64,000 nucleotides of DNA from an uncultured Planctomycetota bacterium. GTDB taxonomy: Bacteria; Planctomycetota; Planctomycetia; Gemmatales; Gemmataceae. Of the stretch, positions 43,430-53,423 are shown in pieces; the stretch's first letter is position 1, and each line of letters begins with the position of its first letter. The notes below the pieces were generated by a model. The model did no database searches. It was not told the DNA's origin and saw nothing but the letters and a program-made list of their open reading frames with translations. The position numbers and the translations under genes are program-made. The stretch is taken from positions 320,001 through 384,000 of the forward strand of contig CAWKHF010000002.1 in NCBI GenBank assembly GCA_963849325.1, read 5' to 3'.

Positions 43430-43783
43430 ATGCGCAAGCTCATGTTGACCGCGATCGTGTTCGCCGCCGCCCTGGGGACGATGGCCGTTACTCCCTCGAA
43501 GGCCAACGCCTGGTGGGGTCGTTGGGGGGCTGGCTATGGTAGCTACTACCCGGGCTATTCCTACTATTACGCTCCGGGTTATACCAGCTACTACAGTCCC
43601 TATACGACGTACTCCATGCCCTACTACTACACCCCCAGTTACTACTACGCCCCCGGATACTCCAGTTACTACTACACCCCCGGATACTCCAGTTACTATT
43701 ACGCCCCGACGTATCGTCGTTACAACTACTGGCCGGGCTATCGGAGCTACTACTATGCTCCGGGCGCCTATATCTATCCGTGA
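43430..43783 (+). CDS. Secreted Tyr/Gly/Pro/Ser-rich repeat protein
   Basis: AAGGAGG RBS, signal peptide ending ANA-W, repeats YYY(A/T)PGY(S/T)S. Confidence 0.88.
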   Translation: MRKLMLTAIVFAAALGTMAVTPSKANAWWGRWGAGYGSYYPGYSYYYAPGYTSYYSPYTTYSMPYYYTPSYYYAPGYSSYYYTPGYSSYYYAPTYRRYNYWPGYRSYYYAPGAYIYP

Positions 43784-43907
43784 GGGTGAAAAGAGTGGTG
43801 ACGTGCGGGGTGGGATGCCCGAGTCGTTCCCAGCGTGGCAGGCGTGCCTCCCCGCCTTTTCGAGCGTTGTCCTTTCGGCCGCGACGGCGCCTTGAAGGCT
43901 TCCAGAC

Positions 43908-44597
43908 TCAAGGCCCCGCTTCCGCTTCTGTTTTTTTGCGCTTTTGGGACGGGTCCGCCAACTCATGTACCTGCGGCAGGTCGCGCAGGCTTCTCAGACC
44001 GAACCGTTGCAAAAACTTCCGCGTTGTCGCGTACAGAACCGGCCGGCCCAGCGAATCGTCGCGGCCGGCGATGCGCACCAACCCTTTCTCCATGAGATGA
44101 TGCAGCATGTCCGCCGACTGCACGCCACGGATAGACTCGACGTTGGCACGGGTGATCGGCTGGCGATAGGCGATGATGGCCAGGGTCTCGCGGGCGGCGG
44201 CGGTCAGACGTAATTCGGTCCCGCTCCGCCGTAGACGCGCCAACCACGGATGATATTCCGGCCGCGTCAACAATTGAAAGCCGCCGGCCAATTCCTCAAC
44301 CTGAAAGGCCGTGCCGTCCCGATCGTACAGCGATTGCAAGCGCTCCACGAGGCGCCGCGCCTCGGCCGTGTCCGTCAGTCCCGCCACGGCGGCCAGTCGA
44401 CGCAGCGTCAACGGTTCGTCCGCCGCCAGAAGCGCCGCCTCGACCAGCGCCAGCCGAGGATCGCGGGCCGACTCGCCGGCTGCGGCCGCTTCCGCTTCCT
44501 CGACGCACAGCCGATAGACCGCCGGCAAACGGTGGTTGCGCGGGAGAGGCGTTCGATCGAATGGTTCCCATCCCCTTCTCAGCGGATGCCGCTGCAT
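43908..44597 (-). CDS. scpB: SMC-Scp complex subunit ScpB
   Basis: VEAALLA, LAGGFQLLT, ETLAIIAYRQPITRA, IRGV, GRPVLYATT..FL..FGL. Confidence 0.93.
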   Translation of the reverse strand: MQRHPLRRGWEPFDRTPLPRNHRLPAVYRLCVEEAEAAAAGESARDPRLALVEAALLAADEPLTLRRLAAVAGLTDTAEARRLVERLQSLYDRDGTAFQVEELAGGFQLLTRPEYHPWLARLRRSGTELRLTAAARETLAIIAYRQPITRANVESIRGVQSADMLHHLMEKGLVRIAGRDDSLGRPVLYATTRKFLQRFGLRSLRDLPQVHELADPSQKRKKTEAEAGP

Positions 44598-44624
44598 TGT
44601 TCCGTCGTCCTCCGCGCGTCCCGC

Positions 44625-44993
44625 TCAGCGGTCCCAGTAACTTTCCGCCACGCTTTCCAGCCAGCGAAACGTGTGCTCAATGACCTTGCGACGGGCCGTC
44701 TTGAAATTGGCGGCGGGCTTCAGGGCGTCGATGCCGCGATCGTACGTCGAGAGGTATTTCTGACCCCACTGCCGTACCGTGGCCGGCTTGGGCGGCGTGG
44801 CGTTGTAGCGTTCGCACAACAGCGCCAGGATCTCGACGCTGGGCATGAGCATGCTCTCGCCGTCCTCATCCAGCCGCATGCGTTCCGGGTCGGCCACGAC
44901 TTCGGTGATGGTAGCCACCAGCTTCGCGGTGAGCAGGGACAGATAATCCATCGCCCCGTCGTTACCGAAATTGTGTTCGGCGAAGGTCCCCAT
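44625..44993 (-). CDS. DUF4259-like protein
   Basis: MGTF...NFGNDGAMDYL N-terminus resembles the DUF4259 MG.WG...F.ND.A.D motif. Confidence 0.6.
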   Translation of the reverse strand: MGTFAEHNFGNDGAMDYLSLLTAKLVATITEVVADPERMRLDEDGESMLMPSVEILALLCERYNATPPKPATVRQWGQKYLSTYDRGIDALKPAANFKTARRKVIEHTFRWLESVAESYWDR

Positions 44994-45074
44994 GACTTCC
45001 TCCGTTCCCGGGTTGTCAAGTAGGAAGCGTCACGGGTTGTTATAGGAGATTGGCTCTCGCCAGCCCCCTCATTT

Positions 45075-45149
45075 AACCACGGATAACACGGATAACACGG
45101 ATAAAAAAGATAAACATAGTATTTTTATTTTTCCGTGTTATCCGTGGTT
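45075..45149. repeat. AT-rich inverted repeat of tandem 9-mers (CACGGATAA)
   Basis: AACCACGGATAACACGGATAACACGGAT ... TCCGTGTTATCCGTGGTT. Confidence 0.88.
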
Positions 45150-45153
45150 GAAA

Positions 45154-45912
45154 TTAGAACCAGCCTCCGGTGATGGGTAGCGTCTGTCCGGTGATGTAAC
45201 CACTTTCCTCACAGGCGAAAAACAGCACGGCATGGGCGACTTCCTCCGGCCGGCCGACGCGGCCGACCGGAATCTGTTGCTCGTACTGGGCCAGCACTTC
45301 CGGCTTGAGTCCGGCCAGCATCGGCGTCTGGATGACGCCGGGGGCGACGGCGTTGACCGTGATGGCGCGGCGGGCCAGTTCCTTGGCCAACACCTTGGTC
45401 AAGGCGATGACGCCGGCCTTGGCGGCGGCGTAGTTGGCCTGGCCGTGGAAACCGACCACGCCGGAGATCGACGCCACGTTGACGATCCGTCCGCCGTCGC
45501 GCAGGACCTCCGCGCCGAGCTTCGAGCAGTAGAAAACGCCGTCGAGGTTGGTTTGCAGCACACTCTGCCATTCGCCCGGCGTCATCTTCTTGACCGTGCG
45601 GTCGCGCAAGATGCCGGCGTTGTTGACGAGGATGTCGAGTCCGCCCAGCGTGTCGGCGATCTGCTTCATCAGGCCGGCGACGGCGTCGTAGCGACTGACG
45701 TCGGCCTCGAAGACGTGTACCGGCACGCCGTGGCGGCGCAGACGCTCGGCGGTTTCGTCGGCATCGCGGCGGTTGTGGCCGTCGGGGTCGGCGAAGTAGT
45801 TGACGGCGCAGGTGGCGCCGGAGGCGGCGAAGCCTTCGAGGATGGCCGCTCCCATGCCGCGCGAACCGCCCGTGACCAGGACGACCTTGTTCGGGAAACT
45901 GTAGCGGACCAT
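45154..45912 (-). CDS. FabG-like short-chain dehydrogenase/reductase
   Basis: TGGSRGMG, NNAGILRD, GQANYAAAK, NAVAPG, YITGQ. Confidence 0.92.
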   Translation of the reverse strand: MVRYSFPNKVVLVTGGSRGMGAAILEGFAASGATCAVNYFADPDGHNRRDADETAERLRRHGVPVHVFEADVSRYDAVAGLMKQIADTLGGLDILVNNAGILRDRTVKKMTPGEWQSVLQTNLDGVFYCSKLGAEVLRDGGRIVNVASISGVVGFHGQANYAAAKAGVIALTKVLAKELARRAITVNAVAPGVIQTPMLAGLKPEVLAQYEQQIPVGRVGRPEEVAHAVLFFACEESGYITGQTLPITGGWF

Positions 45913-45941
45913 CGCGGCTCCTTTCGTACCCTGGTTGCCTC

Positions 45942-45970
45942 GCAACAGGGGGCTGACGCCCCCCGCTCGC
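45942..45970. repeat. REP-like family D, single arm
   Basis: GCAACAGGGGGCTGACGCCCCCCGCTCGC. Confidence 0.7.
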
Positions 45971-46018
45971 CTTTGCTATGTTGTAGGAAAGGTTCCCTTG
46001 CCGGAGGATGCCGTCGTG

Positions 46019-46709
46019 ATGCGATCATTTGCCGTTCGATGCCGGTCCCGAGTCGGGAGGGCTTGCCTGGCCCTGACGTTGCTGATGTTGCCGGCCTGTG
46101 GACTATCGGACTATGAGTCGCTGGCTCTGCAAGCACAGGAGCGCGAGGAGCGTTTCCGCGAGGAAAAGAGGCTTCTGGACGAGCCGGTGAAAATTCCCAC
46201 GCACAAGGATAAAGACGATCACGATGTTGCGTTGGCCGACATGTTCTTCCGGCCGCCCAAGGGCATTCAGGCGGTGTACCAGCCGGAGAAGCGCGACGAT
46301 CTGCTCTGGCAATACTTTCCGGCTCGAACCGGCAGCGACTTTGCCCGCGTCGAAATCGCCTTTGCCGAGGACAACAAGGAGTTCGCCGCCGAGGTGCTGC
46401 CCCATTTCCAGGCTTCGGGGCCGTCCCAGCAGCGGGTCGATACCCTCACGCCCCCAGGCCGGCCACAGCTCGAATTCGCCGTTTGGGAGTTCGACAACGT
46501 CCAGGAGGGCTACTCGATCAATGTGCTGCGCGGCCAGCCGCAAGTCGCCATCGTGTATGTGTACAATCCGACGCGCCGCGCCAGCCTCAAGAGGGCGATG
46601 CAGTCTGTCTCTGGAATCGCTGGCCCTCGGCTCGCAAGCGGTGGGGGCCCGCATGAAGTTCAAGCAAAAGTCGCCCTGGCAATTGAAGGGCGGTCCCCCC
46701 GGCCGGTGA
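46019..46709 (+). CDS. Hypothetical lipoprotein (frameshift near 46605)
   Basis: Lipobox LPACG; C-terminus continues in ORF 46224..46709. Confidence 0.7.
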
Positions 46710-46730
46710 ACGGGGACGACGGCCCTCCGC

Positions 46731-47108
46731 TCACTTGTTGGGGTAGGGCTTCTGCCAGAAATTCTCGCCGCTAACGTTGAACTCCGGCGTCGTCTCGACG
46801 GTGCAATCGCCGTTGACCTTCACCTGGCAGGACAGCCGCATCTCGTCCTCGTGGCCGATGCGGGCGAACAGGGTGAGCGGATGGGCGTTGAGGTTGAAGC
46901 GCTCCATCACGGTTTTGTCGCTGAGGTTCTCCATGCCCTTTTTGACCAGGACGCGACAGGTGCCGCACAAACCCAGGCCCCGACAGTTGAGATAACGGTC
47001 CAGCCCCTTGTAGACGGCGATGCCGGCCTGGCGAGCCGCCTCGCGCAGGTTGGTGCCGGCCGGCACGTCGATTTCTTGTTTCTCTTTGACGAAGACAACC
47101 TTCGGCAT
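46731..47108 (-). CDS. 2Fe-2S ferredoxin
   Basis: CRGLGLCGTC...RLSCQ. Confidence 0.93.
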   Translation of the reverse strand: MPKVVFVKEKQEIDVPAGTNLREAARQAGIAVYKGLDRYLNCRGLGLCGTCRVLVKKGMENLSDKTVMERFNLNAHPLTLFARIGHEDEMRLSCQVKVNGDCTVETTPEFNVSGENFWQKPYPNK

Positions 47109-47203
47109 GGAAATTCCACCCTCGCAAGAGAGGACGATCGCGTTGTTGGCGCCTCCCCGCCGTCAGGGAGGTCGCCGGCCATTGTAGGGATCGCGGCCAG
47201 CAG

Positions 47204-48201
47204 ATGACAGGGTACACCGCGGAAGGAGTCTCGCCATTAACCGCCGCGAAGCCGGCACCATCCGCCTGGCCCACTTCAGCGACATCCACGTCACCGCGCC
47301 CGCCTGCGCCTGGCGCATGGGCGACTGGTTCAACAAGCGCATGTCGGCGTGGATCAACTTGCGCCTGCTCGGTCGGGGCCAGCACTTTCGCCAGACCGAC
47401 CGCATCCTGGCCGCGCTGCGGAGTGAATGGAGGCAGCGCGGCTTCGACCATGTCGTCTTCTCCGGCGATGCCACCGCGATGGGTTTCGAGGAAGAGGTGA
47501 ACAAGGCGGCGGCGCTACTGGGCGTCGGTGCGGCGGAGGGACCGCCGGGCCTGGCGGTGCCGGGCAATCACGATTACTGCACTCGCGCCGCCATGAGGGA
47601 CGGCCACTTCGAGAGGCACTTCGCTCCCTGGCAGGTCGGCGAGCGCGTCGCGGAGGCGGTGTATCCGTTCGCCCAGCGGGTGGGCCGGTTCTGGCTGGTG
47701 GGCGTCAACTCCGCGATGGCCAACCGCTGGGCCTGGGACGCCAGCGGCCGCGTCGGCGCCGAACAGCTGCAACGGCTGGAGACGCTGCTGCATCGGCTGG
47801 AAGATGGGCCGCGCATCCTCGTGACGCATTACCCGATTTGGCTGGCCAGCGGCAAACCGGAGAAGGCCCATCACGGCCTGCGCGACCTCGAGAAGCTGGT
47901 GTCCGTCGCCCGGGACGGCGGCGTCGTGTTATGGCTGCACGGCCACCGGCACGATCCCTATCATCACCCTTCCTCCGGCGGCGCTCCCTTCCCGGTCATC
48001 TGCGCCGGCAGCGCCACGCAGCGCAAACACTGGTCGTACAGCGATTACACCCTCACCGGGCAGCGTTTGCGCGTGCTGCAGCGCGTTTACGACGAGACCG
48101 AGGGACGTTTTCGGGATGGCCGGACGTTTGAACTGGATTTGTCGGAGTGCCAAAATAGTCCGAAGCGATCCACCGAGTATCTTTCCGAGCCTGAAGCGTA
48201 A
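47204..48201 (+). CDS. Calcineurin-like metallophosphoesterase (frameshift near 47255)
   Basis: AHFSDIH, SGD, PGNHD, THYP, HGHRH. Confidence 0.88.
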
Positions 48202-48237
48202 GCGAAGAGTGCTCTTCGCTTACGCTTCAGGCTCGGA
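48184..48237. repeat. REP-like inverted repeat family A
   Basis: Identical to the 14094 copy including the AGTGCT spacer; contains the upstream gene's stop. Confidence 0.9.
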
Positions 48238-48250
48238 GAGGAGATGAAGC

Positions 48251-49336
48251 TCACTTGACCCTCTGATCGATCACCTCGGGGTCGAACTCCGCGCCTCGGC
48301 GGTGGATGCGGAATTTGGTCTCCTCAATGTCATCCTCCGAGCGGCCCGGATGTTTCTTCGCCAGGTAGGCCTTTTCGAGTTTGAAGAGCTTCTCTTCCAG
48401 CTTCTCCGGCATGAAGGCCACGAAATGGCTGGGCGGCGTCGGCAGATGGACGCCGAGAATGGTCATGACGTCCCCCACGGACTGAGGCTTGTCATCGATC
48501 CAGTAGATGCGCTGGATCTTGCCGATGTCCTCTTCGAGCAGCTTGGCGGGGCGTGCGGACAGGTCGCGGATGAGGCGATAATCGCGGCCGTTGGCGTCCT
48601 CGCGGACGGGCACGGCGAGGATGGCGCCCAGACCCTGGAGCTGGCTGAGGTAATCGCGGCCGTTGCTGGTGTTGAACAGCATCGACCAGCGCAACATGCG
48701 TTTCTCGCGCTGGGTCAATTTGCCGTGTCCCTCGCCGCGACCATCGCCGGTGCCGGTGCCCTTGCCGTCGCCGCTGCCACCGCCCTCGCCGGTGCCGCCG
48801 CGGCCGTGACCGGGCGCCTTGCCGTCGGGCAGCTGGATGCGGATGTTCGCCTGGGCCAATTTCTGCAACGCCTGCGACGAGGCCGTCTCGCTGCGATGGA
48901 TGTAACGGACGGCGCTGTCGTCGAACTGGAACGGCTTGCGCGCGCCCGGCTCGACCTTCAGGTCCGGCCGTTTGACCGTCTCGGTGGGATCGCGGTGGGT
49001 CGGAGCTGCCTCGGCGGTGCCGGTTTCTTCCGGCGCCTTGCCGACGCCGGGTCCGTCGCCGACCCCGTGTGGGTTGCCGCCGCCGCCGCCCAGGTCCAGA
49101 CGCACCGCCTCGACTGGCAGCGATCGACTGGTGTGGTTGAATACCGAGTAGGCCAGCCAGGCCATCATCAGCGCGAACCCGAAAACGAGCAGGTGGAGGG
49201 CCACCGAGGTCGCGCCCGACAGGGGCAACTCGCCATGCTGGGAGTAGCGCTGCCAGAAACGCTCATCCGGCGGAACCAGCGACGATTTCTGGGATGGAGT
49301 GCCGGACGGGTCCGAGGTAGATGTGGTTTGCGCCAT
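48251..49336 (-). CDS. Single-pass membrane protein with Gly-rich linker (TonB-like S..LH anchor)
   Basis: SVALHLLVF TM helix, GGTGEGGGSGDGKGTG linker. Confidence 0.7.
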   Translation of the reverse strand: MAQTTSTSDPSGTPSQKSSLVPPDERFWQRYSQHGELPLSGATSVALHLLVFGFALMMAWLAYSVFNHTSRSLPVEAVRLDLGGGGGNPHGVGDGPGVGKAPEETGTAEAAPTHRDPTETVKRPDLKVEPGARKPFQFDDSAVRYIHRSETASSQALQKLAQANIRIQLPDGKAPGHGRGGTGEGGGSGDGKGTGTGDGRGEGHGKLTQREKRMLRWSMLFNTSNGRDYLSQLQGLGAILAVPVREDANGRDYRLIRDLSARPAKLLEEDIGKIQRIYWIDDKPQSVGDVMTILGVHLPTPPSHFVAFMPEKLEEKLFKLEKAYLAKKHPGRSEDDIEETKFRIHRRGAEFDPEVIDQRVK

Positions 49337-49553
49337 GATTGGACCTGCTCAAGCAAGAGGGGTTCGAGACTTCGCCGACTTTCTTCCTTCCTTTCACCTT
49401 AGCCGATGGCGGACGACAGGGGCAAGCGAAAATGTGCGCTGCGACGGGACTTTCCTGTCGAGGCGGAACAATCTTCGGTGGCAAACCGCGACGCACCGCG
49501 ATACGTTGAGAGGAGGTCGGAGTCAGACCGTTTGCCGTCGGAGAGGGTCCGTG

Positions 49554-51005
49554 ATGCATCCCACGCCCCGAGACTTGCAGCATCCGCTGTTGACGCGCCG
49601 CACGGCCTTGCAGGCAGGAGCGATCGGACTGCTTGGCCTGGGCAGCAATCACGTCGCGGCCCTGAGGGTCTCGGCCGCTCCGCATGACCTCGTTCGCAAT
49701 CACAAGGCCCGCTCGGTCATCTACATTTTTCTCTCCGGCGGTCTGTCTCAAATCGACAGCTTCGATCCCAAGCCGGACGCGCCCGCCGACATCCGCGGTG
49801 AATTTCGACCGCTCGCCACGCGGACGGCCGGCCTGCACGTCTGCGAACACCTGCCCCGGTTGGCCGAGCGCAGCCATCTGTGGTCGCTGGTCCGCTCGTT
49901 GACGCACCGAAGCAACGATCACTCGGCCGGCCATCAGATCATGCTCAGCGGTCGATCGCCGCTGCCGGAGGGCTTCAACCCCGCCGCGCCGCGGCCGAGC
50001 GATTGGCCGTGCATTGCCTCCGTGGCCGGCGCCATGACTCAGCCGCGCAACAATCTGCCGCCGGCCGCCGTCCTGCCGGAACGGCTCATTCACAACACCG
50101 GCCGCGTCATCCCCGGTCCGTTCGCCGGCATCATGGGCCGGGCACGCGATCCCTGGTTCATCGAGGCGTCGCCCTTTGACCCCCGAGCCTACGGCGCCTA
50201 CCCTGAATACGAGTTCGACCACCAGCAGCGTCCTCGCCCGGTCGGCCAGACAAAGGTCTTCCAGGCTCCCAGCCTATCGCTGCCCGAGGGACTCGGCGGC
50301 GGACGCCTCGATGGACGACTCGACCTCCTCCGCCACATCGACCGCCAGCGGCGCGACCTCGACGCCGGCGCCGGCTTCGATCACAACCGTCAGACGGCCG
50401 TCGCCCTGCTGACACAGCCGCGCGTCCGGCAAGCCTTTGACGTTACCCGCGCCGACCCGCGCACGCAGGACCGCTATGGCCGCAACGCCTTCGGCTGGTC
50501 GCTGCTCATGGCCCGGCGGCTGATCGAGGCCGGCGTCAACATGGTCCAGGTCAACCTCGGCAACAATGAGACCTGGGACACGCACGGCAACCTGTTCCCT
50601 CACCTCAAGGACAAACTGTTCCCGCCGACCGACCGGGCGGTGTCGGCCCTGCTCGACGATCTGCACGAGAGTGGATTGCTGGAGAGTACGTTGGTCGTCA
50701 TGGCCGGCGAGTTCGGACGAACGCCGAAGATTTCGCGGCTGTCGCAGTTCTACAAACTGCCCGGCCGCGACCACTGGGGCGCGGTGCAGACCGTGTTTTT
50801 CGCCGGCGGCGGCGTGCGCGGTGGCCGGGTCGTGGGTTCTTCCGATCGAATCGGCGGTCATCCCGCCACGGAGCCACAGACGCCGGAGAACATGGCGGCG
50901 ACCCTCTATCATTCCCTCGGCATCCCCGCGACCGCCATGTGGCACGATACCCTCGATCGCCCGCATCACGTCTACTTCGGCGAACCGATCGCCGGGCTGC
51001 TGTAA
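49554..51005 (+). CDS. DUF1501 protein
   Basis: TRR Tat-like motif, IFLSGGLSQIDSFDPKP, ARRLIEAGV, WDTH, GEFGRTP, GRDHW. Confidence 0.95.
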   Translation: MHPTPRDLQHPLLTRRTALQAGAIGLLGLGSNHVAALRVSAAPHDLVRNHKARSVIYIFLSGGLSQIDSFDPKPDAPADIRGEFRPLATRTAGLHVCEHLPRLAERSHLWSLVRSLTHRSNDHSAGHQIMLSGRSPLPEGFNPAAPRPSDWPCIASVAGAMTQPRNNLPPAAVLPERLIHNTGRVIPGPFAGIMGRARDPWFIEASPFDPRAYGAYPEYEFDHQQRPRPVGQTKVFQAPSLSLPEGLGGGRLDGRLDLLRHIDRQRRDLDAGAGFDHNRQTAVALLTQPRVRQAFDVTRADPRTQDRYGRNAFGWSLLMARRLIEAGVNMVQVNLGNNETWDTHGNLFPHLKDKLFPPTDRAVSALLDDLHESGLLESTLVVMAGEFGRTPKISRLSQFYKLPGRDHWGAVQTVFFAGGGVRGGRVVGSSDRIGGHPATEPQTPENMAATLYHSLGIPATAMWHDTLDRPHHVYFGEPIAGLL

Positions 51006-51049
51006 GGAAATTCGTCCGCACGGCGGATCGATCCGTCGGGAGGAAGATC

Positions 51050-51949
51050 ATGCGCAATCCGTATTGGGCGGTCCTTATGACGTTGGCCGGCCTCCTCGTC
51101 TCCGAGGGAAGGGCTGACCCGCCGACCGCCGACCCACTCGTGACGCTCAACAAGGAGTTCCGCAAGACTTACAGCCGTTCGCGCGCGGCCGCCCTGGCGC
51201 GCAGCGGTCCCGTGATCGTGGTCGATGGCGCGAAGCTCGTCCTGCTCCACGGCAAGGAGCGCTGGGAGGCGGAGGTCGATCTGTCGAAGTATCATCGCCT
51301 GAAGGCCGTCGCCCACGTGCCGCTGACGGTTTATCTTCTCCTAGGCGATGCCACGGAGGATGGGATCTCCGAGGAGGGTCTGGCCGAACTGCGCCGCCTA
51401 CGCGAGTTGATCGTCGCCGCGCGCGATGCGCCGGAGGAACGCGGCTTCCGCGCGGAACAGTGCCGGCGCCAACGGAAGCTCCTGACAGACAGCCTCGCCG
51501 CCGTGGAGGAGGCGCTGAAGCGGCGACGCTGCACCGAAAAGGAGCGCACGGCCTTCGCTCGCCGGATGGCTCCGCTGTTTCTGGACAACATCGCCGACGC
51601 CGCCCGCGTCCAGATCGATGCGTATCACTCCCGGGTGTCGGCATGGCGGGGACAACTGACGGCTGAGGAGTGGGGCAAGCTGTGCGTGGTCATCATGGGT
51701 TCGCAGATGCCGCGGAAGAAGAACCTCGCCGTGCAGTATTTCGCCCGCTTGCTGGGCGAGAGCGGCGAGGGGCGGCGCATCGTCTACGCCGAGGCTCTGT
51801 TCGACGAGAAGCGAGCGCTGAACCTGCTCGGCACCCACCGGCTCGACCGGGAAATCGCCACGGCGTTCTTCGATGATTCGCTGCGCATGGACCGCGATCT
51901 GTTGAGCGATGCCGCCGCCGAATATCTGCGGACACTGAAAATGGATTGA
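51050..51949 (+). CDS. Secreted helical hypothetical protein
   Basis: GGAGG RBS, signal peptide, intact 299-codon ORF. Confidence 0.75.
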   Translation: MRNPYWAVLMTLAGLLVSEGRADPPTADPLVTLNKEFRKTYSRSRAAALARSGPVIVVDGAKLVLLHGKERWEAEVDLSKYHRLKAVAHVPLTVYLLLGDATEDGISEEGLAELRRLRELIVAARDAPEERGFRAEQCRRQRKLLTDSLAAVEEALKRRRCTEKERTAFARRMAPLFLDNIADAARVQIDAYHSRVSAWRGQLTAEEWGKLCVVIMGSQMPRKKNLAVQYFARLLGESGEGRRIVYAEALFDEKRALNLLGTHRLDREIATAFFDDSLRMDRDLLSDAAAEYLRTLKMD

Positions 51950-51962
51950 GTTGGTACACCTC

Positions 51963-52025
51963 GTTCAGCCGCGACGCGCAGCGGAGCGCGTCGGTCCCGC
52001 GCTCCGCTGCGCGTCGCGGCTAAAC
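51963..52025. repeat. REP-like inverted repeat family B
   Basis: GTTCAGCCGCGACGCGCAGCGGAGCGCG...CGCGCTCCGCTGCGCGTCGCGGCTAAAC. Confidence 0.9.
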
Positions 52026-52047
52026 AATTGCTCCCGACGGCCGGATC

Positions 52048-53247
52048 CTAAATAACTCCCTCTTGGTGCAATTGGCTCAGACGCTCCGGCGTCAACCCCA
52101 GCAGTTGCGTCAGCACCTCGTCGGTGTGCTGCCCCAGCTGAGGCGGAGCGATCGGCTCGGGCATGGCTGTACCGCTGAGGTGAAACGGCGATGCGGCGAG
52201 GTCCAACGGTCGGCCCTCCGGGTCGCGGACGGTGACGCACAAACGTTGGGCCATCTCCGGCTGCGCGAACAGGTCCGCGTAGGTCCACACCGGCGCGTGC
52301 GGCACCTCGGCGCCGCGCAGCCGTTCCTCCCAGGCCGCCGTCGTGTGGGTGCGCATCAGCGACTCGACGAACGGCACGAGGATGTCGCGGTAGCGCACTC
52401 GCAGCGTGTTGGTGGTGAAGCGTTCGTCGGCGCCGAGGTCGGGGCGCTCGGCTACCTGACAGAAGCGCTGCCACTGGCCATCGTTGCCGACCGCCAGCAC
52501 CAGCCAGCTATCCGCCGTGGCGAAGAGCTGATAGGGCACGATCTGCAAGTGGGCGTTGCCCTGCCGCGGCGGCGCGACGCCGCTGGTCAAGTATGCCTGT
52601 ACCACGTTGACCTGAGCGGCGACGGCACAGTCGAGCAGGGCCAGGTCGATGGCGTAGCCGTGGCCGGAGCGATCGCGCGCCCGCAAGCACGCCAGCACGG
52701 CGACAGCGGCGTACAGGCCCGTCAGTACGTCCGTCACCGCGACGCCGGCCTTGCACGGCGGACCCTCGGCGGGGCCAGTGATGCTCATCCAGCCGCTCAG
52801 TGCCTGGATGGCGAAGTCGTAACCGGGCACGTCGCGCAACGGACTGGTGCGGCCGAAACCCGAAATGGAGCAGATCACCAGGCGCGGATGTTCCGCGTGC
52901 AATTGGGCCGGACTGAGACCGAGCCGATCGGCGCTGTCGGCGCGGAAATTCTCCAGCAGCACGTCGCTCCGCTGGGCCAGTTCGTGAAACAGATGACGTC
53001 CTTCGGGATGGGCCAGGTCGAGCGTGAGGCCGCGTTTGTTGCGGTTGCAGGAGAGGAAGTAGCCGCTCAGCGCCCCGGCGAACGGCGGACCCCAGCCGCG
53101 CGTCTCGTCGCCGCCGCCGGGACGCTCGATCTTCAACACCTCGGCTCCGAGGTCGCCTAGCACCTGGCCGCAGAACGGCCCGGCCAATACCCGCGAAGCG
53201 TCCACAACACGTATCCCCGCCAGCGGTCCCTGTCCGTCGGTCGCCAT
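52048..53247 (-). CDS. CaiB/BaiF family III CoA transferase
   Basis: PLAGIRVVD, LAGP, LGAEVLKIE, NRNKR, ENFR, PGYD. Confidence 0.95.
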   Translation of the reverse strand: MATDGQGPLAGIRVVDASRVLAGPFCGQVLGDLGAEVLKIERPGGGDETRGWGPPFAGALSGYFLSCNRNKRGLTLDLAHPEGRHLFHELAQRSDVLLENFRADSADRLGLSPAQLHAEHPRLVICSISGFGRTSPLRDVPGYDFAIQALSGWMSITGPAEGPPCKAGVAVTDVLTGLYAAVAVLACLRARDRSGHGYAIDLALLDCAVAAQVNVVQAYLTSGVAPPRQGNAHLQIVPYQLFATADSWLVLAVGNDGQWQRFCQVAERPDLGADERFTTNTLRVRYRDILVPFVESLMRTHTTAAWEERLRGAEVPHAPVWTYADLFAQPEMAQRLCVTVRDPEGRPLDLAASPFHLSGTAMPEPIAPPQLGQHTDEVLTQLLGLTPERLSQLHQEGVI

Positions 53248-53321
53248 GTCTCCCTCCGAGGACTTTCGTGCTTGGTGGCGATTTGCCCTGTGGTATTGTA
53301 AGAGTTGGCGGAAAAAACTTA

Positions 53322-53378
53322 TCCGAGCCTGAAGCGTAAGCGAAGTTGTCGTTCCTTCGCTTACGCTTCAGGCTCGGA
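53322..53378. repeat. REP-like inverted repeat family A
   Basis: 24-bp arms between divergent genes. Confidence 0.9.
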
Positions 53379-53423
53379 CAAACACTCTTTGTCCGCCCAC
53401 TCGAAGTGCGGAGGAGCAGGGAC

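Noticed and set aside
43550-43770. CRISPR-like or non-coding tandem repeats
   Set aside because: They are in-frame coding repeats of the Tyr-rich protein; no unique spacers and no cas genes
43908-44597. scpB without adjacent scpA as an anomaly
   Set aside because: scpA can lie elsewhere in the genome; this window cannot show its absence
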